64,000 nucleotides of DNA, taken from assembly GCA_964553145.1 (NCBI GenBank), contig CAZKJZ010000001.1, forward strand, positions 4,578 to 68,577, in the 5' to 3' direction. The notes under the pieces were generated by a model. That model was given only the letters and a program-made list of their open reading frames with translations, made no database searches and was not told the origin of the DNA. Each line of letters begins with the position of its first letter. Positions within the stretch are counted from its first letter, which is position 1. Positions 30,791 to 41,490 of the stretch are shown in pieces. The stretch comes from an uncultured Frigidibacter sp. GTDB lineage: Bacteria > Pseudomonadota > Alphaproteobacteria > Rhodobacterales > Rhodobacteraceae. Made by a program: the position numbers and the translations under genes.

Positions 30791-30873
30791 GCAGCGCCTC
30801 CCGCGCGAACACCCGCTCGCACGCGAGTGTGAAGCGCCATGCAGTCACGATCAACCCCCCGGAAGATTTAATT

Positions 30874-30902
30874 TTGACTTTACAATGCTAAAGATTTAAC
30901 TT
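30874..30902 (+). promoter_or_regulatory. Putative sigma70 promoter with overlapping LacI-type operator
   Basis: TTGACT-N17-TAACTT with the imperfect palindrome GCTAAAGATTTAAC (30887-30900). Confidence 0.5.
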
Positions 30903-30958
30903 AGCCCATACGATGTGCCTCCGGGGAGCGAGGCCGTGATTCTAAACACAGGGAGGAA

Positions 30959-32185
30959 ATGGCGATGACCATTCAAAAGCTGCTGGGCGGCATGTCGCTG
31001 CTCAGCATTCTGGCCGCTGCGCCGGCTCTTGCAGACAGCCTCACGTTCTGGAACGGCTTCACTGGTCCGGATCGGCCGACCGTCGAAGCCTTGACCGCGA
31101 AATTCAGTGAAGCCCACGCAGATGTGCCGGTCGAAATGGACATCATGCCGTGGGACAGCCTGATGCAAAAATTGCTGACCTCGCTGGCCAGCGGCTCGGG
31201 GCCTGACGTAATCGGGGTCAACTTCGCGAACGTGCCGAAATTCGCCGCCAGCGGCTATGTCATGGACCTTACGCCCTATGTCAATGCAGACCATGGGCTC
31301 GATCCGGCGAATTGGTCCGATGGACTGAAGCAGGTTCTACAGTCCAATGGCGCCTATTATGCCACACCGATGAACTATGCGACCCTGCTCATGTATTACA
31401 ACAAGGACCTTTTCGCGGCAGCCGGCCTGGATCCGAACAACCCGCCGAAAACATGGGATGAGTGGACCAAGGCAATCCTGGCGACGACCAAGACCGGGGA
31501 CAACCCGCAGTATGGGCTCACTCTGCCTGATCACGAGACAGTTCCAAACTGGCCGATCCTGTTGTGGGGCAACGGCGCAGATGTTGTGAGCAAGAACGGT
31601 GCAGGGCTGGATTCGCCGCAGGCGATCGAGGCGCTGGAAAAGTGGTCCAAGCTTGTCCGAGAGAATGGTATTTCTCCCGTCGGTCTGACCGGTGCGGAAG
31701 CGGACAAGCTCTTCGAGACGGGGCGCGCGGCGATGGGCGTTACCGGCCCCTGGATGACGAACGGCTTTAGCGCGGCCGGCTTGAATTACGACGTTGCGCC
31801 GATCCCTGCGGGCCCCGCCGGTCCAGTGACGTTGGCTGACTCGGTGGTGTTGATGGTCAACGCCAACACCAAGCACCCTGAGGAAGCGATCGAGTTTCTG
31901 AAGTTCTGGAACGCGAAGGAAACACAAGCGACCTTGGCCAACGACACGGGCTTTCCGCCGTCGCGGACCGACATGGTCGGAGACGCCGCCCTGACCAACC
32001 CCTGGGCGGCGAAATTCGCAGCGGTCGTTCCGGTCTCGCGCTTCAACTTGGCAGGCCAAGTGAATGCTCGCCAGATCGATACCGAAGTATTCACTCCCCT
32101 GATCCAGTCGATCACCCTTGGCCAAGCAACCGTGGTCGATGCCGCCAGTGCCGCAGTCGCTCAACTTGGTTCGCTGGTGCAATAA
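30959..32185 (+). CDS. Sugar ABC substrate-binding protein
   Basis: Signal peptide, WNGFTGPD, GSGPD, YYNKDLF.AAGLD..PPKTWDE. Confidence 0.93.
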   Translation: MAMTIQKLLGGMSLLSILAAAPALADSLTFWNGFTGPDRPTVEALTAKFSEAHADVPVEMDIMPWDSLMQKLLTSLASGSGPDVIGVNFANVPKFAASGYVMDLTPYVNADHGLDPANWSDGLKQVLQSNGAYYATPMNYATLLMYYNKDLFAAAGLDPNNPPKTWDEWTKAILATTKTGDNPQYGLTLPDHETVPNWPILLWGNGADVVSKNGAGLDSPQAIEALEKWSKLVRENGISPVGLTGAEADKLFETGRAAMGVTGPWMTNGFSAAGLNYDVAPIPAGPAGPVTLADSVVLMVNANTKHPEEAIEFLKFWNAKETQATLANDTGFPPSRTDMVGDAALTNPWAAKFAAVVPVSRFNLAGQVNARQIDTEVFTPLIQSITLGQATVVDAASAAVAQLGSLVQ

Positions 32186-32248
32186 CCTCCCATTGCACCG
32201 GCCGGGCCTGACCGTGGTTCCAGCGGTCAGGCCCACAATTTGGAGTAC

Positions 32249-33178
32249 ATGATGGCGATCCCCACCCCAAAGCCGACAGAAAAGCCGGTGTTGAAAAGTC
32301 TCGGCACTGAAGCCGGTCGTCAAACCAGGGCAGCAATTCTGTTTCTTGCCCCGAGTGCAATCGTCCTTGCGGTATTCGTCTTCTGGCCCATTATCCAATC
32401 CCTGAACCTTAGCCTACACCAATGGCGATTTGGAGTTCACGAACAAAAATGGGTAGGTCTCGCAAACTACACGCGGCTCTGGCATGATCCTCGTGCTTGG
32501 GCAGCGTTCAAAAACACACTATATTTTTCTGCCCTCTTTGTCCCCCTGTCTATTGTTCTGCCACTTTTGCTTGCGCTTGGTCTCAATCAAGCACTACCTC
32601 TTCGGACTTTGATGAGGTCCATTCTATTTTTGCCGGTAATTGCGTCATTCTCCGTGATGGCACTCGTATGGCGCTTCCTCTTCGATCCCGACATCGGGCT
32701 CCTGATCTACTGGGCCGGAACAGTCGGCATTTCTAGATTCTCTCCACTGCGCGATCCACACTGGGCAATGCCCGCCGTTATCCTCGTGACGCTCTGGAAG
32801 AATCTTGGCTTCAACATGGTGATCTACCTGGCTGGCCTGCAGGGTATTCCCAAGTCGCTTTATGAGGCAGCGTTGATCGATAATGCCGGCCCATGGCGGC
32901 GCTTTGCTTCGATCACGATGCCACAGTTGCGCGAAACGCACGTATTCGTCCTCGTAATCACCGCAATCTCAGCCTTCCAGGTGTTCGACCCGTCGTTCGT
33001 CCTGACCCCGAATGGCGGGCCTCTATTCTCGACGGACACCATTGTAACCTTCATCTACCGCCAGGGGATTACCAACTTTGATCTCTCCTATGCAGCTGCT
33101 GCTGGCGTAATCCTCTTCCTGATCGTTCTAGCCCTAACCCTCGCCCAGCTTTGGCTGACCCGTTCTGAAAGGCATTGA
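32249..33178 (+). CDS. Sugar ABC permease
   Basis: WVGLANY, YLAGLQ.IP..LYEAA.ID.A, FQVFD. Confidence 0.93.
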   Translation: MMAIPTPKPTEKPVLKSLGTEAGRQTRAAILFLAPSAIVLAVFVFWPIIQSLNLSLHQWRFGVHEQKWVGLANYTRLWHDPRAWAAFKNTLYFSALFVPLSIVLPLLLALGLNQALPLRTLMRSILFLPVIASFSVMALVWRFLFDPDIGLLIYWAGTVGISRFSPLRDPHWAMPAVILVTLWKNLGFNMVIYLAGLQGIPKSLYEAALIDNAGPWRRFASITMPQLRETHVFVLVITAISAFQVFDPSFVLTPNGGPLFSTDTIVTFIYRQGITNFDLSYAAAAGVILFLIVLALTLAQLWLTRSERH

Positions 33179-34023
33179 CCATGCGGAGGAAACCGTTTGA
33201 TCCCATGAGCCGCGGCATTCCGCTTTTCACATTCACCGGGCTGTTGCTCTTCTCGACCGTGCTGGCCTTTCCTTTTCTTTGGATGATTCTCACGTCGTTC
33301 AAGCCGGAAGCAACAATTGCGCAGTTTCCTCCTCGGCTCTGGCCAACGGCATTGACTTTGGAGAACTACGCGAACGTTTGGCAGAGGCTTCCCTTCGCAC
33401 GGATGCTGCTCAATTCGGTGGTAATGGCGGGCGGGGTCACCGCCGTGTCTCTCCTGTTCGACTCCATGACCGCTTTTGCTCTCGCGAGACTGAAGTTTCC
33501 TGGTCGAGATGCCATCTTTCTGGTAATCCTCGTTGCACTGATGCTGCCGTTTCAGGTTATGATCATCCCGCTGTACGTGGTGGTTCACGATCTTGGAATG
33601 CTCGATACCTATCAGGGATTAATTGTTCCAAGAGCAACGAACGCCTTCGGAATCTTCCTGCTGCGACAGTTCTTCGTCACCCTTCCGCGGGAAATCGATG
33701 AAGCCGCGCGCGTGGACGGAGCAAGCGAATTCGGTATCTACTGGAAGATCATCTTGCCGAATGCGAAGCCCGCCCTGGCCACCCTTGCGATCTTCCACTT
33801 CATGTACAACTGGAATGACTTCTTGTGGCCACTTCTAATGACTTCGGCCAACGAAATGCGCACTCTTCCGGCCGGTCTGGCACTATTTGTGGGCCAACAT
33901 GTTGTCGAGTACGGCGTCGTGATGGCAGGCGCGGTAATTACGCTCTTGCCATTGCTGATCCTCTACATCTTCGCGCAGCGATACTTCGTCCAAGGCATTG
34001 CCATGTCCGGACTCAAAGACTGA
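33175..34023 (+). CDS. Sugar ABC permease
   Basis: PFLWM..TSFK, EAARVDGA, WNDFLWPL, QRYFVQG. Confidence 0.93.
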   Translation: MTMRRKPFDPMSRGIPLFTFTGLLLFSTVLAFPFLWMILTSFKPEATIAQFPPRLWPTALTLENYANVWQRLPFARMLLNSVVMAGGVTAVSLLFDSMTAFALARLKFPGRDAIFLVILVALMLPFQVMIIPLYVVVHDLGMLDTYQGLIVPRATNAFGIFLLRQFFVTLPREIDEAARVDGASEFGIYWKIILPNAKPALATLAIFHFMYNWNDFLWPLLMTSANEMRTLPAGLALFVGQHVVEYGVVMAGAVITLLPLLILYIFAQRYFVQGIAMSGLKD

Positions 34024-34033
34024 TGGAGCCGAA

Positions 34034-35404
34034 ATGACCAAGATAACCGCTTTTCTCGACACGTCCCCCGAAGGTTTCGTTTGGGCCGCCGGAATCGAAA
34101 ACACTTTCATCGGCCAAACCGAAAGGGCCGGCGAGCGGGTGCTGGATGAATTCGATCTGACGGATCATTACCGCTACTGGCGAGAGGATCTGGATAGGGT
34201 TGCGAGCCTGGGCGTGCGCGCCCTGCGATATGGGTTGCCTTGGTACAAGATCGAGACGCAACCTGGCAAGTTCGATTGGGATTGGTCGGACCGCGCGATT
34301 GCCTACGCGGCCGAGAAGGGAATCGAGATAATCTTTGATCTCATGCATTATGGCGTGCCGCTCTGGCTCGAAAACCAGTTCTTGAATACCGACTATGAAA
34401 AATATGTCGCCGACTGGGCGTATGCGGCCGCCGACCGCTATCGTGACACCATCAGGTACCATACTCCCTTCAACGAGACACTTATCTGTTCCGAATTCGC
34501 GGGCCTAAACGGGATCTGGCCCCCCTATTTGCGAGGTTCGGACGGCCAGGTTAAGATTATCCGCAACATTGCACGCGGTATGACGCTGACAATCGATGCA
34601 ATCCGCGCGGCGCGAACTGATGCAGTAATTGTCCAGGTGGACGCCGCAGGCGAAGTTCTGCCCGGTACGCCGGAGCTCGCCGAACTTGCCGCTCTCGAAA
34701 CAGCCAAGACTTTCGCCGGTTCTGATCTTGTGGTGGGTCTCGTAGATGGTCAACATTCACTCGTCGACTGGTTTCTGAAGAACGGAATGTCGGAGGGCGA
34801 TCTCGATTGGTTCCGCTCCAAAAGGCAGGAAATCGATATATTTGGTACGAACTACTATTCGGAAATGTCGGTGAGTCGCCTCGATATTTGGCACGGCAAA
34901 CCTGCCAAGACCAAGTTTCCTGGCGGCGCGGCGGGCATGATCAGGTCCATCGAGGCCTTTGCTTCTCGATACGGTAAGCCAGTTATGCTTACGGAAACAA
35001 GCCTGAATGGGACCGTGCCTCAGCGTGCTGCATGGCTGGCCGAATCGGTGGCGGCCTGCAAGCAGGCCCGCGCGTTGGGTCTTCCATTGGTGGGCTATAC
35101 ATGGTTTCCAGTGTTCGACCTGATCGATTGGGTTTACCGCGCGGGCCGGCCTCTCGAAGACTACATTCTGCGCCAAGGGCCTTCTCGTCTGAATCCTGAT
35201 CAGGTTGCTAACTTCCTGCGGACTATGCGGTTTGAGTCACTGGAGCATGCGCCATTGGAGGCCTTCATGGCACCGATGGGACTGTGGACTCTGAAGACCG
35301 GGTTCGACGGTAGTTTTGAGCGCATCGAGACCGAATTGGTTGCTCAGTACAGGAGCGCTGTCGCCGCGAACGACGTTGGTGCCATTGGGGAGCTTGCACG
35401 ATGA
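34034..35404 (+). CDS. GH1-like (clan GH-A) glycoside hydrolase
   Basis: HY..WREDL, RYG.PW, DLMHYG.P, acid/base TPFNE, nucleophile LTETS. Confidence 0.8.
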   Translation: MTKITAFLDTSPEGFVWAAGIENTFIGQTERAGERVLDEFDLTDHYRYWREDLDRVASLGVRALRYGLPWYKIETQPGKFDWDWSDRAIAYAAEKGIEIIFDLMHYGVPLWLENQFLNTDYEKYVADWAYAAADRYRDTIRYHTPFNETLICSEFAGLNGIWPPYLRGSDGQVKIIRNIARGMTLTIDAIRAARTDAVIVQVDAAGEVLPGTPELAELAALETAKTFAGSDLVVGLVDGQHSLVDWFLKNGMSEGDLDWFRSKRQEIDIFGTNYYSEMSVSRLDIWHGKPAKTKFPGGAAGMIRSIEAFASRYGKPVMLTETSLNGTVPQRAAWLAESVAACKQARALGLPLVGYTWFPVFDLIDWVYRAGRPLEDYILRQGPSRLNPDQVANFLRTMRFESLEHAPLEAFMAPMGLWTLKTGFDGSFERIETELVAQYRSAVAANDVGAIGELAR

Positions 35405-36462
35405 TCACCTTGTGCCTGTCGCTGCGATCGGTCGCGAAGTCTTACGGTGGACTTAGCGTACTGAAGGGAATTGACCTCGATGTTTCCGAGGGTGAATTTC
35501 TCGTATTGGTTGGACCCTCTGGGTGCGGCAAATCCACTCTACTACGCATGATTGCTGGTCTCGAAGACATTACTGATGGCGAGATTGCGATCAAGGGACG
35601 TGTTGTAAACAATGCGCCGCCTGGCAAACGCGGAATTGCAATGGTTTTCCAGAACTATGCACTCTATCCGCATATGACGGTTAGAGACAACATGGGCTTC
35701 GGACTCCGCAATGATGGACTTCCACGCGAGCAGGTATCCGCGAAAGTGGCGGCAGCGGCCGAGTCGCTGAATCTAACGCCCTTGCTTGATCGGCGTCCCG
35801 GGCAGCTTTCGGGCGGGCAAAGGCAACGCGTGGCCATTGGCAGGGCTATCGTTCGAGAGCCTGACGTGTTCCTCTTTGACGAACCGTTGTCGAACCTGGA
35901 TGCAGCTCTTCGTGCCCAGACGCGCGTTGAGATCGCCAAGCTGCATCAGCGGCTTGGGAACACAATTGTCTATGTGACCCATGATCAGGTCGAGGCCATG
36001 ACCTTGGCCGATCGAATAGTTGTTCTCAATGCTGGACGGCCCGAACAGGTTGGCACGCCACAGGATCTCTATGAGCGACCACATACGAAATTCATCGCGG
36101 GCTTTATCGGAACTCCGCAAATGAACTTCCTCGACGGGACATTGCGCGACAATCGCTTCATTACTTTGGGCGGTTCCGCAATTACCTTGGCGCGCAGCTA
36201 CCCTGACTGCGACTCAGTGACCCTCGGCATTCGGCCGGAGCATCTCAACGTTTGGGCAGATGGCCCGTTGTCGGGGGTAGTCGAAGTCATGGAATACTTG
36301 GGTGAGCGCAGTCTTCTGCACGTGCGGCTGTCGGATGGTACAGCAGTCATTGCAACAAGCTCGGAAAAGCGTGTCGAGGGAAAGGTTCAGCTGGGGATTT
36401 CCACTGAACACGTTCATCTTTTCGACTCGAACGGTCGCGCAGTTAATGGAAAGATCTACTGA
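35401..36462 (+). CDS. Sugar ABC ATPase (MalK/UgpC type)
   Basis: [36 protein letters not shown]. Confidence 0.95.
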   Translation: MITLCLSLRSVAKSYGGLSVLKGIDLDVSEGEFLVLVGPSGCGKSTLLRMIAGLEDITDGEIAIKGRVVNNAPPGKRGIAMVFQNYALYPHMTVRDNMGFGLRNDGLPREQVSAKVAAAAESLNLTPLLDRRPGQLSGGQRQRVAIGRAIVREPDVFLFDEPLSNLDAALRAQTRVEIAKLHQRLGNTIVYVTHDQVEAMTLADRIVVLNAGRPEQVGTPQDLYERPHTKFIAGFIGTPQMNFLDGTLRDNRFITLGGSAITLARSYPDCDSVTLGIRPEHLNVWADGPLSGVVEVMEYLGERSLLHVRLSDGTAVIATSSEKRVEGKVQLGISTEHVHLFDSNGRAVNGKIY

Positions 36463-36463
36463 A

Positions 36464-38335
36464 ATGGAGATGTCTCACCCGCGGCCCGACCGGGAGCGTC
36501 AAACTTGGATTGACCTCCGTGGAGAGTGGCAATTTGCTTTCGATGATGATGATCGCGGCAAGAGAAATGGTTGGCACACGGGGCATGTTGACCTTCCACT
36601 TCGAATTCGGGTCCCCTATCCACCAGAATCCGCTCTATCGGGAATCGAGGATCGCGGGTTCCATCCTGTAGTTTGGTACCGACTCACAGCTGCCATTGAA
36701 ACGCCGGTCTCTGGAAGGGTCATCCTAAACTTCGGTGCTGTTGACTACCAGGCGGACGTTTGGGTGAACGGGCAGCACGTAGCTCGCCATGAAGGTGGGC
36801 ACACTTCTTTCAGTGTCGACATTACGTTGGAACTGGTTGGCGGCGCCACTCAAACCATCGTCTTGCGCGCCGAGGACCAGCCCGGTTCGATTGCACAGGC
36901 AAGAGGGAAGCAGGATTGGGAGGCGGAGCCTCACGCAATCTGGTACCACCGGACGACTGGGATCTGGCAGCCGGTGTGGGTCGAATTTGTCCCAGAAACT
37001 TACATTTCGGCAGTCCATAGGACTCCCGATATTGATAGCGGCACACTACGTTTGGACCTGGAACTGAGCGCGGAACCACCGGTCGGAAGCGTAGTCGAAG
37101 TGTGGTTGAGTCGGGACAGCACCCCACTGCTGGCTATGTCTGTTTCGATAGCCCGAAAGGCGTGCCAGCTCAGCCTTGCAGTTCCGGGCTTCGAGAATGG
37201 CGAAGGTCGTAGTAATCTGCTTTGGTCGCCGAAATTACCAAACCTGCTGGACCTAAGAGTCACTCTGCGGCTCCCCGATCGATCGGAGGATGTTGTCACA
37301 ACCTACGCTGGGATGCGTAGTTGCGGTGTTTCTGCAGCCCGTTTCTTGTTGAATGATCAGCCTTTCTTCCTGCGAGCCGTCTTGGAGCAAGGCTATTGGC
37401 CGGAGAGCCACCTTGCTGCTCCAAGCGACGAGGCGATTAGGCGAGAAGTCGAGCTAATTAAGCAACTTGGATTCAATGCAGTTCGGCTGCATCAGAAGAT
37501 CGAGGATCCCAGGTTCCTCTGCCAGTGCGACCGCCAAGGGCTTTTGGTGTGGGAAGAGATGCCAAGCGCCTTTGCCTTCTCGCCCGCCATGGCGAAGGCA
37601 GTGATGTCGGAGTGGATGGAAGCCATAGAACGCGATCGCAGCCATCCCTGCATCGTCACATGGGTACCTTTGAACGAAAGCTGGGGTGTTCCCGACATCT
37701 CACGGCGGGAAGATCAGGCCGCCTTTGCCCGCGCGCTCTATCACATGACCAAGACCCTTGATCCTACCCGCCCCGTCATCGGCAACGACGGCTGGGAACA
37801 CGAGGTGGCAGACATCGTCGGGTTGCACGACTATTCTGTCAGAGGCGAAGTTCTTCGAGAGAGGTACGCCTCGAGAGCGAGCGCCGTCGCCGACATGCCG
37901 ATCTTCGGCCCGCAGCGACGGCGGGTGAATCTGGAGGTCGCTTCGAGCGATCTCCCGCTGATGGTCACAGAATTTGGTGGCATTTCATTTCATCCCAAAA
38001 GCGGTGAGTCTTGGTTTGGATACCAGACTGTCGAGACATCCGAGGCATATCTCGAACTGATCGCCTCTTTGTTTTCCGCGCTTCACGAAAGTCGCGATTT
38101 GGCAGGCTATTGTTACACGCAACTCACTGATACCTTACAAGAAAAGAACGGCCTCTTGGACGAATACCGCAAACCGAAACTCGACCTGAAGGCCCTGCGA
38201 CGAATTGTTCTGGCACCATCGCGCTCGATCCTTTCGGAAGAACTCGAGGCAGCCAGGCAACGAGCGATAAACGATTCTACGCACGATCTAGGTGGGAAAC
38301 GGTCTCGTTCGGGCTCGATGAAGAAGATTGTCTAG
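36464..38335 (+). CDS. GH2 glycoside hydrolase
   Basis: L.GEW.F, FGAVDY, HEGG, TGIWQ.VW, QGYWP, PLNESWG, TEFGG, YTQLTD..QE.NG. Confidence 0.9.
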   Translation: MEMSHPRPDRERQTWIDLRGEWQFAFDDDDRGKRNGWHTGHVDLPLRIRVPYPPESALSGIEDRGFHPVVWYRLTAAIETPVSGRVILNFGAVDYQADVWVNGQHVARHEGGHTSFSVDITLELVGGATQTIVLRAEDQPGSIAQARGKQDWEAEPHAIWYHRTTGIWQPVWVEFVPETYISAVHRTPDIDSGTLRLDLELSAEPPVGSVVEVWLSRDSTPLLAMSVSIARKACQLSLAVPGFENGEGRSNLLWSPKLPNLLDLRVTLRLPDRSEDVVTTYAGMRSCGVSAARFLLNDQPFFLRAVLEQGYWPESHLAAPSDEAIRREVELIKQLGFNAVRLHQKIEDPRFLCQCDRQGLLVWEEMPSAFAFSPAMAKAVMSEWMEAIERDRSHPCIVTWVPLNESWGVPDISRREDQAAFARALYHMTKTLDPTRPVIGNDGWEHEVADIVGLHDYSVRGEVLRERYASRASAVADMPIFGPQRRRVNLEVASSDLPLMVTEFGGISFHPKSGESWFGYQTVETSEAYLELIASLFSALHESRDLAGYCYTQLTDTLQEKNGLLDEYRKPKLDLKALRRIVLAPSRSILSEELEAARQRAINDSTHDLGGKRSRSGSMKKIV

Positions 38336-38338
38336 AAC

Positions 38339-39271
38339 ATGGCAACGCGTATTCCGGCACTCATTACATTGGACTGGGGGACAAGTTCCCTCCGTGCCAA
38401 CCTACTCGATGCTTTGGGAGGAACCATCACACAGAGCAGCAGTCAGCTCGGCGTCATGCAAGTCACAGATCGTGACTTTGCCAAGGCTTTGCATGTAGCA
38501 ACCTCCAACTTTGGCGACCTGTCACCTGAACTCCCTGTGATCGCTGCTGGAATGATAGGAAGTGTAAACGGCTGGCAGGAGGCGGCATATCTTGAAGCAC
38601 CGGCAGGCATGGGAGAGCTCGCAGCACGATTACAACTCGTTGAAGGAAGCAACGTTCGCATTGTTCCGGGAGTAGCGATTTTCCGACCAAGGGCGGACTT
38701 CATGCGCGGCGAGGAGGTCCAGGCGCTGGGTGCTCTCGAATTGGGTCTCGCCCCTGCAGAAGCCGCTAGGATGATTCTTCCTGGTACTCATTCAAAGTGG
38801 GTCACCATCCGGGACGGGAAGATAGTTCACTTCAAGACCTTCATGTCCGGCGAACTGTTTTCTGTATTGCTAAGCCATTCGATCTTAGGGCGATATCCTG
38901 GCACTACAGCCTCTGAGCCAAACGACGGAAACTCGGACCTGTCCTTCCTCCAGGGAATTGATTTTGCGCTTGAAAGCGACGGACTTGCGTCTTGCCTCTT
39001 TTCTGCGCGTTCAAGAGTCTTGGCGGGGCATATGGATGCCCGGGATAGTCGTCACTATCTGTCCGGTATCATCATTGGAGATGAGCTTAAGGCCGGAGCG
39101 GTCGGAGCGGGAGAGAACATTGTCCTTGTGGGTGATCCCAAGCTATGTCGCCTCTACGCTCTGGCCTTGTCGCGGCTAGGCGTGCGAGTCGTAGTTACGG
39201 GCGACCAGGCGGCTACTGCGGGGCTTTGGAAGATTGCCCAATTGGCTGATCTCGTCGGCACAACCAATTAG
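38339..39271 (+). CDS. dgoK: 2-dehydro-3-deoxygalactonokinase
   Basis: DWGTSSLRA, GMIGS..GW.EA.Y, D.MRGEE.Q, PGTHSKW. Confidence 0.93.
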   Translation: MATRIPALITLDWGTSSLRANLLDALGGTITQSSSQLGVMQVTDRDFAKALHVATSNFGDLSPELPVIAAGMIGSVNGWQEAAYLEAPAGMGELAARLQLVEGSNVRIVPGVAIFRPRADFMRGEEVQALGALELGLAPAEAARMILPGTHSKWVTIRDGKIVHFKTFMSGELFSVLLSHSILGRYPGTTASEPNDGNSDLSFLQGIDFALESDGLASCLFSARSRVLAGHMDARDSRHYLSGIIIGDELKAGAVGAGENIVLVGDPKLCRLYALALSRLGVRVVVTGDQAATAGLWKIAQLADLVGTTN

Positions 39272-39282
39272 GAAAAGGGCTG

Positions 39283-39915
39283 ATGCTTCTGCAATACTAC
39301 CTCGACAGGATGCCGCTCGTCGCAATCTTGCGGGGGGTGACGCCCTCCACGGTTTTGCAGGTCGGCGATTTGCTTGTCTCGGCTGGTTTCGCAATCATCG
39401 AAGTTCCGCTCAATTCCCCAAGAGCATTCGAAAGCATTCGGCTCTTGAGTGAGGAGTTCGGATCAGAGGTGTTGGTCGGGGCTGGCACAGTTACGACTGA
39501 GGACGAAGTGTATGCCGTCGCCGCCGCGGGTGGCCGTATCATCGTGATGCCGCACGCTGATTGTGACGTGATTCGAGCGGCAAAGGGCGCGTCGCTGATC
39601 TGTGCGCCCGGCGTGATGACACCGACCGAGGCATTCTCTGCGTTGAGGGCGGGCGCTGATGCCCTAAAGCTGTTCCCCGCAGAGCAGATGTCACCTAACT
39701 TTCTGAAAGCGATTGCAGCAGTCCTTCCCGCTGGAGTGAAGTTGATTCCGGTTGGAGGCCTTAAGCCAGAAAATCTTGCGATCTTTAGCAATGCAGGAGC
39801 ATCAGGATTTGGACTTGGATCGTCACTCTTCTCAAGGACCATGTCAAATGATGAACTTCGTTCGAATGCGGCTGCATTCGTGGACGCATGGCGGTCGATC
39901 AAGTTAGGACGATAA
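39283..39915 (+). CDS. dgoA: 2-dehydro-3-deoxy-6-phosphogalactonate aldolase
   Basis: PLVAILRG, EVPLNSP, GAGTV, TPTEAF, LKLFPA, PVGG. Confidence 0.93.
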   Translation: MLLQYYLDRMPLVAILRGVTPSTVLQVGDLLVSAGFAIIEVPLNSPRAFESIRLLSEEFGSEVLVGAGTVTTEDEVYAVAAAGGRIIVMPHADCDVIRAAKGASLICAPGVMTPTEAFSALRAGADALKLFPAEQMSPNFLKAIAAVLPAGVKLIPVGGLKPENLAIFSNAGASGFGLGSSLFSRTMSNDELRSNAAAFVDAWRSIKLGR

Positions 39916-40083
39916 TATCCATACGTTGTCGCTTCTGTGTTGCGGCTGCGCGCCTGCAGGCGTGGCCAAGGTGATGCTCAGATCTCACTCCCTCTGCGGC
40001 GCACGGGCGGACATATGTAGTCAACAGTACGTTTTATCGGCACCTTGGTTACTGCCAGTATACTATGCTTCGGAGAGGATCAC

Positions 40084-41010
40084 ATGCGTGACGACGCAAT
40101 ACACTTGGGCATCGTTGGATTTGGAAAGATCGCGCGTACGCAGCATCTACCCGCAATACTATCCAATTCTCGGGTCTGCCTTGTCGGGATCGCCAGCCCC
40201 GAGGGCGGTATTGATGGAGTCCCTTCGTTCCTTTCTTTGCCGGAAATGCTTTCGAGTGGTTTGCGGTTGGATGCGATATCATTGTGTACTCCACCCAAGT
40301 CCAGGTTCGAACTCGCAAAAATTGCCGCAGGCGCGGGACATTCCGTTCTCCTCGAAAAGCCTCCTGCTGGAACAGTTTCGGAAGCGGTAGCCTTGGGGCA
40401 ACTTGCCTCTACAAGTGGCGCAACATTGTTTTCGGGTTGGCATTCCAGATTCGGTGCCGGAATAGCCCTGCTCAAGGCGAGGTTGGCTGGCGAAAACTTG
40501 CGCAGTTGTCGCGTCACCTGGACGGAGGATGTCAACCGGTGGCATCCCGGCCAGGATTGGATTTGGCAGCCATCCGGTTTTGGCGTCTTTGATGCCGGCA
40601 TAAATGCGTTGTCTATCCTCACGGAAGTTATAACGGACACTATCGGTCTTGAATCCGCAAGACTGTTCTTCCCCGACAATCGAGAGGCGCCCATCGCAGC
40701 GAGCTTGAGGCTCTGTACAGAGCGCGGTGCCTGCATCGATATCGAGTTGGATTGGCGCCCGCGTAAGAGTGATGTTTGGCAGATTGAGTTTCAGACTGAA
40801 CGGTCGTCCTTATTGTTATCTGACGGCGGAGGGAAGCTGTTCTTCAATGGGATCGAGGAGCCTCTTGCTCCTCTCACGGAGTATGCGGCACTCTATGAGA
40901 GGTTTGTTTCATTGATCTGCTCGGGTACGAGTGATTTTGACATTTCGCCCCTATTGCTTGTCGCAGACGCACTGATGATTGGGCACCGTGAGTTTTGCGG
41001 TCGTTTTTGA
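40084..41010 (+). CDS. Gfo/Idh/MocA D-galactose/L-arabinose 1-dehydrogenase
   Basis: G.GKIAR.QH.P, LEKPP, WHSR, EDV.RWHPGQ.WIW, GVFD.GINALS. Confidence 0.88.
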   Translation: MRDDAIHLGIVGFGKIARTQHLPAILSNSRVCLVGIASPEGGIDGVPSFLSLPEMLSSGLRLDAISLCTPPKSRFELAKIAAGAGHSVLLEKPPAGTVSEAVALGQLASTSGATLFSGWHSRFGAGIALLKARLAGENLRSCRVTWTEDVNRWHPGQDWIWQPSGFGVFDAGINALSILTEVITDTIGLESARLFFPDNREAPIAASLRLCTERGACIDIELDWRPRKSDVWQIEFQTERSSLLLSDGGGKLFFNGIEEPLAPLTEYAALYERFVSLICSGTSDFDISPLLLVADALMIGHREFCGRF

Positions 41011-41223
41011 TCTTGCGAATTCTTCCTTTCCTTTTCGCTTCGTACCCTGTCGATATTGCTGAAAAGGTCATTCTTATAGACGCTTTTTCGCATGGAAGAG
41101 ATCGTTTCCCTGACCTTACCTGCCGTGTCGCCAGGAGCTGTCCCTGACCTGCTTCCCGTTTCCTGGACCGAACCGAGCTGGGATTTTCGAGTTTAGGATA
41201 GGATCGGGAAACAGAGGACGGAA

Positions 41224-41490
41224 ATGAAGCGATCGAAGTTCAGTGAGGCGCAGATCGCCTTTGTGCTGAAGCAGGCTGAAGAAGGCACGGCGATCGGCGA
41301 GGTGTGCCGCAAGGCCGGGATCAGCGAGGCGACGTTCTACGCCTGGCGCAAGAAATACGCCGGCTTGATGTCGTCGGAGATGCGGCGACTGAAGCAGTTG
41401 GAAGACGAGAACGGAAAGCTGCGCAAGCTGGTCGCCGACTTAAGCCTCGACAAGGCCATGTTGCAGGACGTTCTGTCAAAAAAGCTCTGA
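41224..41490 (+). CDS. IS3 transposase OrfA
   Basis: MKRSKFSEAQI, CRKAGISEATFY.W, LEDEN.KL.KLVADL; A-run slippery site at the end. Confidence 0.9.
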   Translation: MKRSKFSEAQIAFVLKQAEEGTAIGEVCRKAGISEATFYAWRKKYAGLMSSEMRRLKQLEDENGKLRKLVADLSLDKAMLQDVLSKKL

